In this document: positions 13,696 to 25,455 of the stretch, one piece after another
Layout: each line of letters starts with the position of its first letter
How positions within the stretch are numbered: position 1 is the first letter of the stretch
NCBI GenBank assembly: GCA_051942245.1
Contig: JAVECL010000022.1
Location: forward strand, 62,001 to 97,587
Reading direction: 5' to 3'
DNA: 35,587 nucleotides
Source: Trypethelium eluteriae
Lineage: Eukaryota
Notes under the pieces: model-generated
The model's database searches: none
Told to the model about the DNA's origin: nothing
The model's input: the letters and a program-made list of their open reading frames with translations, nothing else
Made by a program: the position numbers and the translations under genes

Positions 13696-14363
13696 CTTCT
13701 CATGGTGATATTAGGAGTCCATATTGGATTGCTTACGAATAGAAGATACCTCTTTCTGCGTCAGCAATGTTCGAAGATTGAATGAAAACAAAAAGGTTCA
13801 CATCATGCGAACGAAGGCACAGGTACTGCGTCGAGCGTTTTGTCAAAAAATATATTATGATATTACTTATGTGCACACACCCACTTCTATTGTGGTGCGG
13901 CCTGGTATTCCCAATGATGCCCGGATAAAGTAGCCCTCCCTCACCAATGAAGTGCCTATTACTACCCTATCCGCCAAACATGTAAGTTGTTCCGAGGAGA
14001 TAGGCGTACCAAGGCGACGTGGAGTACATGCACGCACGATTACATGTGATTATGGGGGCCCAACACCCGCTATTTATGCTATGCAAAGAACTATCATTGA
14101 TCCCAACGTTGAAGTCACCCTGCCAAACGTGCAGGGGCAGACCGAATTTCTGCTCGAGATAGTCTATAAGATGATTGGATTAGGTGGTGGTCGGACTCTA
14201 AGGAGGAACGGGTGTTGCCGTGAGGTGGAGTCCGAATGCTTGTAAGAGGGGGCTGTCGAGTTGATGCGGAGACGCCTGAGAACCGATGCTCAGGCCCGCA
14301 GATCAGTCTATTGAGCTTGGCCAAATGTTGGGTTAAGGAGTGGGAAGCCGACAGTGGAAATCT

Positions 14364-16851
14364 CTAGCGTGTAATGATCATTCCGAATCCATCGACCCAT
14401 TGGCCACAGGTGCCGTAGACCCCGGCAATACTATAGCCTCGTGGTGGTATCAGAGTATGGCTAGGACAAATTCAGTCAGCATTAAGGTCTTACGAGGGGT
14501 TGAGGAAACGGTTTGGAGGACGTACCCAGATCCACCAGTAGCATTTCCATAGATTTCGCTCTTCCTTCCCAGGCTTGTCAGAATTTGTAGACCATCAATC
14601 CATACGCCAGCCCTTAGGTAGAACCCCATTAGAATTTCGCCTCTCCGTGTATCTAAGGCGAATTCACTTCCACCAGGTTTGCCGCCGCGCTTCCCAAATA
14701 GTTGCGTAGTAGAGTCCTCATAGATGAACTCGACTCCATCAAGACAAAAGCCACTATAGACTCGGACTGCTCTGAGAAGTTTCGTTTGCTGAAAGGCAGA
14801 TTGAAGAAGGATCTCTTGCGCTTGTGTGCCGTCCTGCTGGGAGAAGCCGAGCTTGCCACCTCGGAATCCTGCTCGGCCGTCAGGAAGCTTGACACGAGAA
14901 GCCTTTGAGGCGAGTTGATTGAAGTCTTCTACGGTGTGTTTGCCTCCGCCGGCAGAAAAGATGTCAATCTTCAATTTCTTATTCCGGCTCTTTTCAGGGA
15001 GTCGTGAACGGAGTTCGCCTTCAATAAGACTGACTTGGCGGGGAGGTCCATTCGACGAGCCGGGCTCCATGTACTCGATCCACGCATGACAGACATCGTC
15101 CCCTTCAGCGAATAGCTCAATGAAGGGAATGCCACTCGAAGCAGTCGCAAGCACATTTCCGACATCCACCGTCCAGACTTGAACACTTCCATCTTGGTTT
15201 GGAGATGGATCGGTCGGTAATCGGAAACATGGGTGAAAACGGAAGCGGAGAGTATCGAGTCTGTGCCAGGTACATTCATCTTTCGGTAGGCACAAACGCT
15301 GGCCAGGGGATTTGGTGCGAGTGGCAAACGCTTCCCTCGCTACAAATGTTCGGTTAAGTTTTATATAATCTCGGAGCATGACTCCAGACTCTTGATGAGG
15401 ACAACCGAGAAGATGGCCAGTTTCATGTAAGTGTGCTCCGATACCGATATTGGCGGCTTCCCAATTACTTCCCGACTCATTCAGGTCATTGGCAACGAAG
15501 TTCGTATCAGTTCGCGTACAATCCATGAAGGCCGGCACCACTTCTTCAATACTAGCTGGATAGCTTTGGAGGGCATGGGATCCGAAGACTGCAAGCTGCA
15601 GATCATCGCTTCCACCACCCAGCGCAGCGTGCCCGCGCACAGTCTTGTACTGTGAATCCCAATGAGTATCGAGATACATGCACGAAACGTACTGTTTTTG
15701 ACCCGGCCTTGGCGCAAAGTAAGCCCGAACAGCGTCCATTGCCCAGCTGTAGAGATCACCTTTTCTCTTCGCCGGCTCGTACTGTTGTGCCACCTCCAAG
15801 TCACGAATTTCTTGCAGGGTCTTTTCCATCCTAATGATGTGAATCTTAGCCTCGTTGCGCATTTGGTTGGTTTCCGTATCGCGGTAAGTAAGTGTGCCTT
15901 GTTGCCATTCCTCTTCGAACCGGAAGCAACGCCTCCCAAAGTTATTGCGATTCATTTGCTCGCCAGTGAAAGCCTGCCAGAGGTAGGCAGACATACGATA
16001 CTTGCGGATTGCAGTCGCCAGCCCGTTCCCTTCCCGCTGTACCCTCTCTGGGACTGCATCGTAGGTTTCTGGTGAATTTCTTGCAAGAAGAATGACAAGG
16101 TGGAGCGGTGGGGAGGCATTGAGAGGAAGGTAATTGATGTTGATCCATGACGAGTGTGCGGGCGAGGAGGTAGGCGGTGCTGCTTTGGCAGGAAGGAAGT
16201 CGAGTCGTAATCGATTGGGTCCCGGCTGTAGATGAACGAGTGTTTTGAAGTGGGAATCGAACACCGGCCAACTGGTCTGCGGGAAACTATCCTGGTGGTG
16301 GCAGACAATTACGTGACCGTCCTGCGGCTGCGTAACGTCGCCAATTTGACCATAGATCAGGAATACTTTTTGATGCACCTATGACACATCAATGCAAATA
16401 TCAAGCTATACAGATTCAAGCCACGTACCCAGGAATTGTCTGAAATGGAAACCACGCGAGGGGCCAATGGAGATGTAGCTGCCATGTTTCGTGGCTGACC
16501 GTTGGACACAGGAGATCCCTGGAGAGCAGATTAACCAAGTGCTATTATGTCCTCGTCATGATCTGGACTCACTACGATCGAGTAGCGATTGCTCTTGGAA
16601 CTGACGACGGAAGGTCTTGTTGGGACAGGCGGTGGAGAACCGTTGGTAGCGACTAGATTTGTGGCAGACTTTGAACGCTCGGAGAGGAGGGTGCTGGGCG
16701 GGGTAGAGGAGCCAAGGAAAGAGTTCAGGGTGGAGGAGGATTTATTGGTGCCATTGGAAGATGTGTTTGAAGCGGACCACTTCTCACTGTCGGCTGAAGG
16801 TGGCTTGCGCGTGATAGATTTGCGGCGCAGGTCTTTGAGAAACGAGGGCAT
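14364..16851 (-). CDS. Putative zinc metallopeptidase (YIL108W-like) with C-terminal jacalin-like lectin domain. Exons 16851-16573, 16518-16429, 16378-14526, 14460-14364
   Basis: HExxH zinc motif GAHLHETGHLLGCPH. C-terminal beta-prism-like repeats (RVYSGFCLDGVEF, GFYLRAGVWIDGLQI, AGVYGTCGQWVDGFGMI). Three in-phase introns; Ser-rich N-terminus. Confidence 0.88.
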
Positions 16852-19712
16852 GCTCACGGCCTGAGCGAGGTGGGACAGAGGCCGTCAGCGATCGACCAAA
16901 CACGTCGGCGAGTGAAGAAAGAGTGGGAGGTGACGACGTGTGGGCGTGAGGGAGTTCAACGGGTACGACCAGCAAGTACGCTATGTAATAGTTACCTATC
17001 GTGCAATCCTGGACGTCGACCAAGCAGCCAACAGGGGCTTCGCACCTTCACTTCTTTCGTACCTCTCCTCTCTTTACCAACGTCTTTTTAATCTCGGCCC
17101 GCACCGATGAAACGCGACCGTTTGGTGCAACGTTAGATGCGGCTCCTGCTCTGCATTCAGCTCAGTGAACGATCTAACTTTGTCGTCGAGTTGTTGGGGC
17201 CAACTTGGATGCGGAGTCTCCACGACCACGCAGTGCCAGGCACCTTCCACAGCCGGGAATCTCTTGCTCCTTCCCCCGGGAGCTTTATGGATCCGTGCTA
17301 TCGGCCGCGCCACCTCTCGCGCTCGTTCCTATCTTCTGACCCTTACCCACTGCTGAACTATCCCAGCCTTTCATCTATTAAACTTATCGTGCCCTACGCG
17401 GGTCGGCCTGGGAGCTCCGCCAAATCCACACTAGCGGCCAGGTTCCCACTCTGAGGAATGGACAAACAAGTGGCGACCTTCTCATCAACATGTATCCGCA
17501 TATGGCTAGCAACTGGTAACACGAGGCCGACACCGTTGGATGACGTTTTGCTCCGTAGTCTGCAGATCAAAAGCTTTGAACCTGCTAGCTCTTGTTCCAA
17601 GGCTGCGCCTTCAAACCTTCTCTTCGTAGCCCATATTCTCTTGCTCCAAATTTCAGGCTTCGCTGCTACTATCCAGAGATCTCTTTTCTTTCCTCATAAA
17701 GATCAAGTCTATCTCTTCTGGCGATTTTCCTGCCGTCTGTTTCAGATTCTAGTCGCCTGGTCCCTCAGCTCTTTCCTTTCTATTTTGCTTACCTCCAGGC
17801 ATCAGAAAAATCACGTCGTTGTTGCATCAGAATTCTGTCGCTGTTCAATATGCAAAAAGTTACAAACACAAGGTAAAATGCAGGAGCCAAGTTGCCTGGA
17901 CCGTATCCTGTAATTGACCCACTGGAGCGCAATACCACCACCAAAGGCCGTAGCAAATGTCATGGGTCATTCGCCACTTTCCCTACTACCCCATCAAGTT
18001 GCCCATATCTCAATGGGGCATTTCTAGGATCTACCTTCAGTCTTCTGAATCGTCGTTCCGCTCATGGAGGTGGGAACTGTTACCGGGATAAAATCAATGC
18101 CCAATCTACAGACAACTCGAGCAATTATGGTCTGTGCCACAGCTTCCGAATGGTCAGAATTAGATCACCAAAGGAGAGTGAAAAGTACTAGGAATACTAA
18201 CACCAAGATGACGCTTGGAGAGCGCCCCCGACCATTACGCAAGCATCACCAACTAAGATGCTCATGCGCCGACTAGATGGTCAGCCAAAGTCAGAAAGTC
18301 TGAGGGAGACTGCCATGGCAAGGCATCCAAGCTTATGGGATGATACTATCAGTGGAATTCTGAGGGGTCCTCCGGGGTGCTAGTCAGTGTTAGAGGTGAA
18401 TATTGGCATGAAATAAGAGCGATTTCCCACGCCCAACGCCCGGAGAAACGGTTCTGTGGTCTGCACTTCTCCGAGGCACTCCGGTATCATAACTGCTCTA
18501 GGTTGAGACACGACCGACTTAAATTTTGGAGGTAGGAACTCTCTCACCAATCCAAAGACTTTGAACGCCTTTGGCCTCAGTCAGCAGAGGGGTTGATGTG
18601 TCTTCTATATCGAAGTGATTAGAGCGCAACTGATTGATATGGTTCGGCAGAACGCACGATCCTGAAGACTGAGCAACGTTCTGTCTCATCTATTAAACTC
18701 CGACCGAAGACGTCTCGAAAAAGTAGGCGAATGAGAAGACAACTTCGCATGGAGGTCTTTGTTCAGGCCTACTTCCAGACCAGACTCTTTGCAATTGCGC
18801 GTGGGCAGATCTTCGCAATGGAGCATCGCACTATCGTGTGCGCTCGTCAAGTACAAAAACAGAACCCTGTTCGTAATCTTTGCGCGTCACAGCAAATAGG
18901 ATTTCGGTGAGAAAGTCACCAACCAAAGTATCAATATCCCGACCTGGAGTTCACACCGTTCCCCTTCTATACCGGTTTAATCATCCTCTATCCAGATGGA
19001 GCAAGTCTAACGATCTTCAATTTATCTTCCTAATTGATAACAAGAGGCAATCGCCAGCGGCTACTGAACCGACCAAACAAGCAAATTGAGAATTGAGAAT
19101 CCTCCGAGCGCCGGTGGCCAAAGAAGCCGAGAAGGCTGCGGGGCAGAGTGTGGGGAAGATGGGGAAGGGCTCCAACAATCCCTTGGATAGGAATTTGCGG
19201 GAATAATAATGCACGCACGGTGCCATCCGTCTCCACCCCTAAGGTACAGCGACATTAGAAGCGGTTGTTCCTCTGACATGCATGTGCTTGAGTTCTCTAG
19301 TGACCATGCATCAAGTACACAAGCATGTTGAATGCGCTGTCTTCATGGAATTGGAAGAGCTATTGAAGTTTCCTAATTCTACTGGGGCCAGTCTTGCAAC
19401 CCCGCTGATAAGCCTTGGACCTATTGGAAGCGCTTGTCATTTTTTGCAAGCTTTGAAGGATCGTGAGCTAAGGATACGGAAAGAAGCCTAGATGTGGCAC
19501 GGTCGTACGGATTACTCCGTACCAGCTGAATGTTGACCGCGTCGTTTGCCCTTGGCTCTACGCCGTTTGCCCCCCACAAGTTGCATGACGGGCAAGGATT
19601 AAGTTGCATGTATGTTGGCGGCGTTGTTAAGAGTTTAAAGAAAAGAGCAAGAGTGAAAGCCTTCCTTTCCGCACAAGCTCTAGAAAAGAGAACAAAAGAG
19701 AACCTCCTCGAG

Positions 19713-20846
19713 ATGGCGCTTCGCACATTCCCCAGGCTTGCTTTTACCTTACGAACAGCTACGATCCAGCGAACTCGTGCTTTCGATCAAACATCACGGA
19801 ACCGACTCTTAGCCTCGCAACCCAGACATGCAGAAGCAGGCGCTCCGTCAGTTGCTGATTTGCTCAGTATGCGTGGGAAAAACGTACTAATTACAGGTGA
19901 GTCTGCGAGTGCGAGCCTCCAGAGATTATAAAACACATCGAGCACTGAGAAGGATTCCAGGGGGTGCTCGTGGAATTGGCTTCGGCATAGCTAAAGCTGT
20001 TGCACAAATGGGAGGCAATATTGTTTGCCTCGATTCGCTCCCCGAACCAGTGGAGGAATTCAAGGAGTTACCACAGAGATTCGGTGTAAAGACACACTAT
20101 TTCCGGACCGATGTCACGAAAGAATCAAGCCTTTACAAGTCATTTAAGGATGCTGTTGATACAGTTGGGGATTTGCATGGCTGTTTGACGGCTGCTGGAG
20201 TTGCGCTGGACAAACCCTTTCAAGAACATACATGGGAAGAATCTCGAAGAATTCTTGAAGTGAATTGCATTGGTACCTTTTTTAGTGTGCAGTTGGCAGC
20301 AAAACAAATGGAAAAGCAGGGCACCGGTGGGTCGATTGTCACCATTGCCTCAATCGCCGCGCAGGGCAATACCTGGTTTGTAAATTTCTTGGAAAGTTTC
20401 CACTGGAATTTTACACTGACTTGTTGGCTGAAGCCCTGGTCAGAGATTAAGCATATACAACATGTCGAAAGGAGCTGTGAAAGCCTTCGTAGGCCCGCTG
20501 GCTGTTGAATTGGCTCCCCAGAAAATTCGTGTCAATTCCATCTCACCAGGCATTACAAGAACGCCAATGACTGCGGCTTTAGCGATTCAATATCCAAACC
20601 TGGTTAAGATGTTCGATCGAGTGCCACCTCTGGGTCGAATGGTAAGAACTTTCTTCTTCTCGATACTCATCTCCGTAGCCATGCTGAGCCCATTCGGACG
20701 CGCAGGGATCTCCTGAAGATATTGCCAACGCAGCTGTCTTCCTTCTCTCCGATGCATCCCCTTATGTCACTGGCGCAGATTGGCTCGTTGACGGAGGTTT
20801 ACATGCTGGTACGTCGAGGAGCTTGAAGGACCCAAGCGAACAGTAG
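19713..20846 (+). CDS. Short-chain dehydrogenase/reductase (sorbose/arabinitol dehydrogenase-like) with Arg-rich N-terminal presequence, 4 exons
   Basis: TGxxxGxG motif split by an intron ([12 protein letters not shown]), [10 protein letters not shown], catalytic [26 protein letters not shown]. Stop TAG at 20844-20846. Confidence 0.9.
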
Positions 20847-21249
20847 GGAGAATTGAAGTGCGGCGTGGACGTTTGTAGCGGAATGGGAAACATGAAATAA
20901 TTACACAAAGACATAGACTGAGGTCACCCAGCCAGCTCCCAGACAGGAACTCCTAGCCGCTCCTGGACTTTTGGTGGGGTAATGAGGGGGAGATTAACGT
21001 TGAGCTTATCGGATGACTTGGCGCACGGCAGTACGCAAACCCCGCATGCGGAAAAAAGTTTGTACATCCGTGATGGTGGAGCACTTCCTGGAGAACGCGA
21101 CCTAGCCAATTCGTCATCTAGTAAATGAAACATCTTACTCTTTGAGAGCTCCAGCGGCTTAAGCCAGGAGACTTCAAGTAAGCTCAGTAACTTCTACTAG
21201 GGACAACTTGCAACCGGACAAATAACTCTGCGGGAGTTCAATTGTCATC

Positions 21250-23268
21250 ATGCAAAGAGCTCCAAGTGTTATTATTATCGGGGCTGGTAACGATACGCCA
21301 AACAATGTCCACGAGTTGACTCCTGTTAGCTAATGATGAAAACTCTTTAGGCCCCAGTGCAATAGCCATGGCATATAAACTAAAGCATGAGCTCTTTTTC
21401 GACAACTGGATACTCTACGAGAAGAGCGAGGGACCTGGGGGTACATGGCGGACGAATACTTATCGTATGGTCTCATCTATCACATTTCTTCGATTGCTAG
21501 CTGACGTAGAGAGATAGCTGGAGTGGGATGTGATGTACCGACCCAGTATTTTCGCGTGCCATAATACTTTCGACTCCTTCCTGATTCTTATTCACTAGTC
21601 TTTATTCCTTCAGCTTCGATCTCAATCCCGATTGGTCCAAGGAGCTATGTGACGGACCGGAAATCCTCTCGTATATGGAAAGGACGTGCGATAGATGGAA
21701 CCTGTCACAGCACATGCTGTTCAGCATCGAATGTTTGGGTGCACGTTGGCTGAAGGACGAGCAGGAGTGGGAAATCCAGTTCCGAGACTTGAAGACGTCC
21801 GTCGAATTTGTGCGGAGGGCCACAGTATTAATCAGCGCGGTGGGAGGAATCAATAAGCCACGGGAAGTAAAATTTGAGGGTATGAGTAATTTCCGGGGAC
21901 ACATGTTCCATACGGCCAGATGGGACCACAGTGTTGACTACACTGGAAAGACGATGGCTGTCATTGGTAACGGATGTAGCGCTGGTATGTGGTAAATGGA
22001 TCGATTCACAAAGTCCTGAAGACTGACGAGGGTTATGCTATCAGCTCAAGTTGTGCCAACTGTTTCTAAAACAGCTGCAACCGTTAAGCAGTACGCAAGG
22101 TCTCCTCAATGGTACCATGAGCGACCAAATCGCCCATTCACGGCGTTCGAAAAGTGGTGCTTCAGATGGATTCCACTTTGGGCACGTTGGGAGCGATTGA
22201 AGTTGTTCTTGGAAAACGATGCCTTGGTAGAGACGTACATGCCAGGACCTTTGGCAGCGAAGAAGCGAACAGTAAACAGACTCCCACCTTTTCATTGGCC
22301 ACATTTACTGATTGGAGTGTCTTAGATGGTAGAGGAAAACGCTAAGAAATACATTCACAGCATGGTCCCAGAGAAGTATCGTGACTTTATCGTGCCTGAT
22401 TTTCCACTCGGCTGTAAGCGTCGCATCTTTGATCCTGGGTATTTAGAATCTCTTAACGCGCCGAACGTGGAATTGATACCAGAAGGGATTAAGGAGATCA
22501 CTGAAGATGGTGTCATTAGCGAGAACGGGTCGAAAGATGAATTCGACATAATCATTCTTGCCACTGGATTTCAAGTGCAGAATTTCCTGACCCCGATGGA
22601 CATTGTCGGAGAGCATGGTGTGTCATTACGGCAACGTTGGAAAGAGAACAGAGCTGCACAAGCGTATCTCGGGACCACGGTCTCTGGTTTCCCAAATTTT
22701 GGTATCCTGTAAGTTTCGAATGGAACAAATATGAAATGATCAGGTGCTGACAAGATCAAGATTTGGGCCGAACACATTTCCCGCACACAATTCGGCGTTG
22801 TACAGTTGCGAAGTGCAAGTCGAATATTTTGCGCGTACCATCCTAGCTCCCATCATTGACCGCCAAGTCAAGGCCTTGGTTGTCCACGAAGCGGCCGAGA
22901 CCTTCTGGGTCAATTCAGTGCAGAAGGAGTTGGTAGGATCAGTGTTCGAAGCAGGCTGCTCCAATTGGTATATCACCGAGGGAACGGGCCGCAATGCTGC
23001 CTCATTTCCGGGTTATGCTCGTGATCTGTGGAAGCAGACATGGTTGGCCAAGAGTAGCGACTATGACATTGTGCCTGGTGATAGGCTGTGGCCTGTTCGG
23101 AGACTGTACAGATGGCTCAAACTGTTGATGTGGAGGAAAAGCAATACTGCGCTTTGGATTGTATTTTTCGCTCTTTTGTTACGGAGGAGTCAAATCCGTC
23201 GACGGTTAGGAGTCGTCTACCGCGTTGCTTTGCAAGAATTAAGTCGGCGAAGACCGCGCATCGGATGA
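21250..23268 (+). CDS. FAD/NADPH-dependent Baeyer-Villiger-type monooxygenase (FMO-like), multi-exon, including a 28-nt exon at 21518-21545
   Basis: [31 protein letters not shown], BVMO fingerprint FRGHMFHTARWD, AVIGNGCSA, GCKR, IILATGF, FPNFGIL-FGPN. Confidence 0.9.
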
Positions 23269-23633
23269 TATGTATTTCGATTCTAGAACATAGAATTTAC
23301 CATGGTTGAAGCTAATGTGGAGAGACCAGGTTCAAGAATTCGCCGAGAGAGCTAGACTATGCCAGCACTAGTTTCCACAGTCAGCACGCTTACCACATAG
23401 GCTAATGTTTCAAGGAAAAGCCGAACCCGAAGCCATGGTAATAACCCATGCAGATTAACAACCTAAGGTAGGCACTAATTCCACGAACTCCTACAAAACC
23501 TCTAAGGCGCTGCAAAAGTCTTTTGGCTACAAGGCCTGTCCTCAGTCTCTAAGTTGTGCATTTCATTGTCATCTCATTGAAAGAGCAATTCTAGGTCTCT
23601 CCCCGAGATCAAACTTCTCGACCCATCCAGCAA

Positions 23634-24809
23634 ATGGACGTAAAGGCATCTGCCGTTACCGAACAACAACATGAAGCGGCACATGACAAGTCGCAAAGCT
23701 TGCTACACAGTTCCTCGATTGAACCCGAAGTAGCGTTTCCTGGTTCTTTCGGGGCAAAAGCGACTGGCCAAGCACGAATTACTGGCCGGTCGAAGCTCCG
23801 CCGAGACTACCTCCGACGCGATTGGCTTGACATCTCGATCTGGAAGTCTGCCTTCATTGAGCTCGCTGGCACTGCAGCTTTGTGCTATACCTCGGGGCTT
23901 ATCGATGTCACGCTTGCCAATCTACAGAACCCAGATGCCATACCGGCGTATGTGGGTATCAGTAATATTGTGTTGTTGGCGCTGTTCATCTATGCCACAG
24001 CACCAGGAAGTGGTGGCCATATCAACCCTGCAATCTCATTCTCAACTTTCTTGACGGGCTTGACGACTTTGTCGCGAGCTGTCTGCTACATGATGGGCCA
24101 ATTAGTTGGAGCAGGACTTGCAGGAGGTCTGCTTCGAGGTAGTCTTGGGCATGCTGGGGTGATCAAGTGAGATGGAGATGTGCGCAAACGAAGCCGTGCT
24201 AACAGGATCAAGATATCACGGCGGTGGGTGTTTCCGCGTCACTGATCAGATCTCCGCAGGGCAAGCTTTCATTATTGAGTGTAAGGCTCTCCGCAATATT
24301 GGTGAGACTGGTGATTGATCCTCAGACATAGGTATATCAACATTTGTTCTACTGTGAGTGCGTCATACACGAAAGATATGGGAGACAACTCAAAGCAAAT
24401 CAGATATCTTGCCTACGGTTGCGCACTCGATCCACGTCAAGCGAAGCTTTTTGGTCAAAACTCCCCCCTACTGGTCGGCTTGTCTTTAGGACTTGTCAGT
24501 TTCGCCGGAACCAACCTTGGTACGTCAATCGGAGACTCCACAATGCCTGCGTTGCGAATTCATAAACTAAAGTGACATCTCAACAGCTCCAGGCTACACT
24601 GGTGCAAGCATGAATCCTGCTAGATGCTTTGCCTTTGCGATAGCCGAAGCCAATTTTAAAGGTGAGCCTTCCAATTGTCTGAACTGTTGACTACAGTACT
24701 TATGTTCCACTACGTAGATCAGTGGATATGGTGGTTCGCACCAGCGGGCGGTGCCATACTCTTGGCGGCGGTCTACCACGCTGTACCGCCCTATCATGAA
24801 GTGAAATAG
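23634..24809 (+). CDS. Major intrinsic protein (aquaporin), multi-exon, including a 22-nt exon at 24332-24353
   Basis: Two NPA boxes (SGGHINPA; GASMNPARCF), several hydrophobic helices and a DQWIWWFAP C-terminal motif. The introns reconstruct one frame ending TAG at 24807-24809. Confidence 0.88.
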
Positions 24810-25455
24810 GTACGACTGCACTCTCCTAATACTTAACGAATGAGGTAATAGAGCTTATGGCCAATCAAAGTGTGATGGTTGGAAGTGCTCGAGATTTCTG
24901 CTAAGGGGCTCCTAGCTCCTCTTTCAATCTATATCCCTTGTATCTCTCCCTTCTCGACGTCCTTAGTGATCCAAAGTCCACACTCCCGCAATCTTCATTT
25001 GGAGCTTCCAACCCCTATCTCAAACTATCTTACGGCGGCTAGGGCGTATCTCAACTGGTAAATCATACAATGTTACCTTCGTTTGACTGTTATGACCATG
25101 TTGGCCCATGTTAAGGCGGTGTTAATATGGACAAACAAGGTTATAACAGTAAAGTCGAAATAATATTGTATCAATTACCAGTTGAGGAACCCCCCCAGCC
25201 GCTGTAAGGTACCTATTCTATGGACACTTTGGCTTGATCGAGGTGGCCCATGAGTTCAGGCAGCCCCTGGTGTTTGGCCTCAGGTGTCATGTCATGGTAT
25301 CTGTGAGCATCTTTGCGGGATCTTCTCGTGGGCAAAGAGTTGAAAAGGTAGGTACTGTTGGATTATCTGCAGCCCTTTGAGGCGCATCGGCGACACAATC
25401 AATTTTGTGCCAGCAGCGCTCTGTCTCCAACAAACCCATCTGCCCTTACATCGGC

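Noticed and set aside
16870..19500. Short ORFs in the 2.8-kb region between the metallopeptidase and SDR genes
   Set aside because: No coherent exon chain or domain found; likely divergent promoter and UTR sequence.
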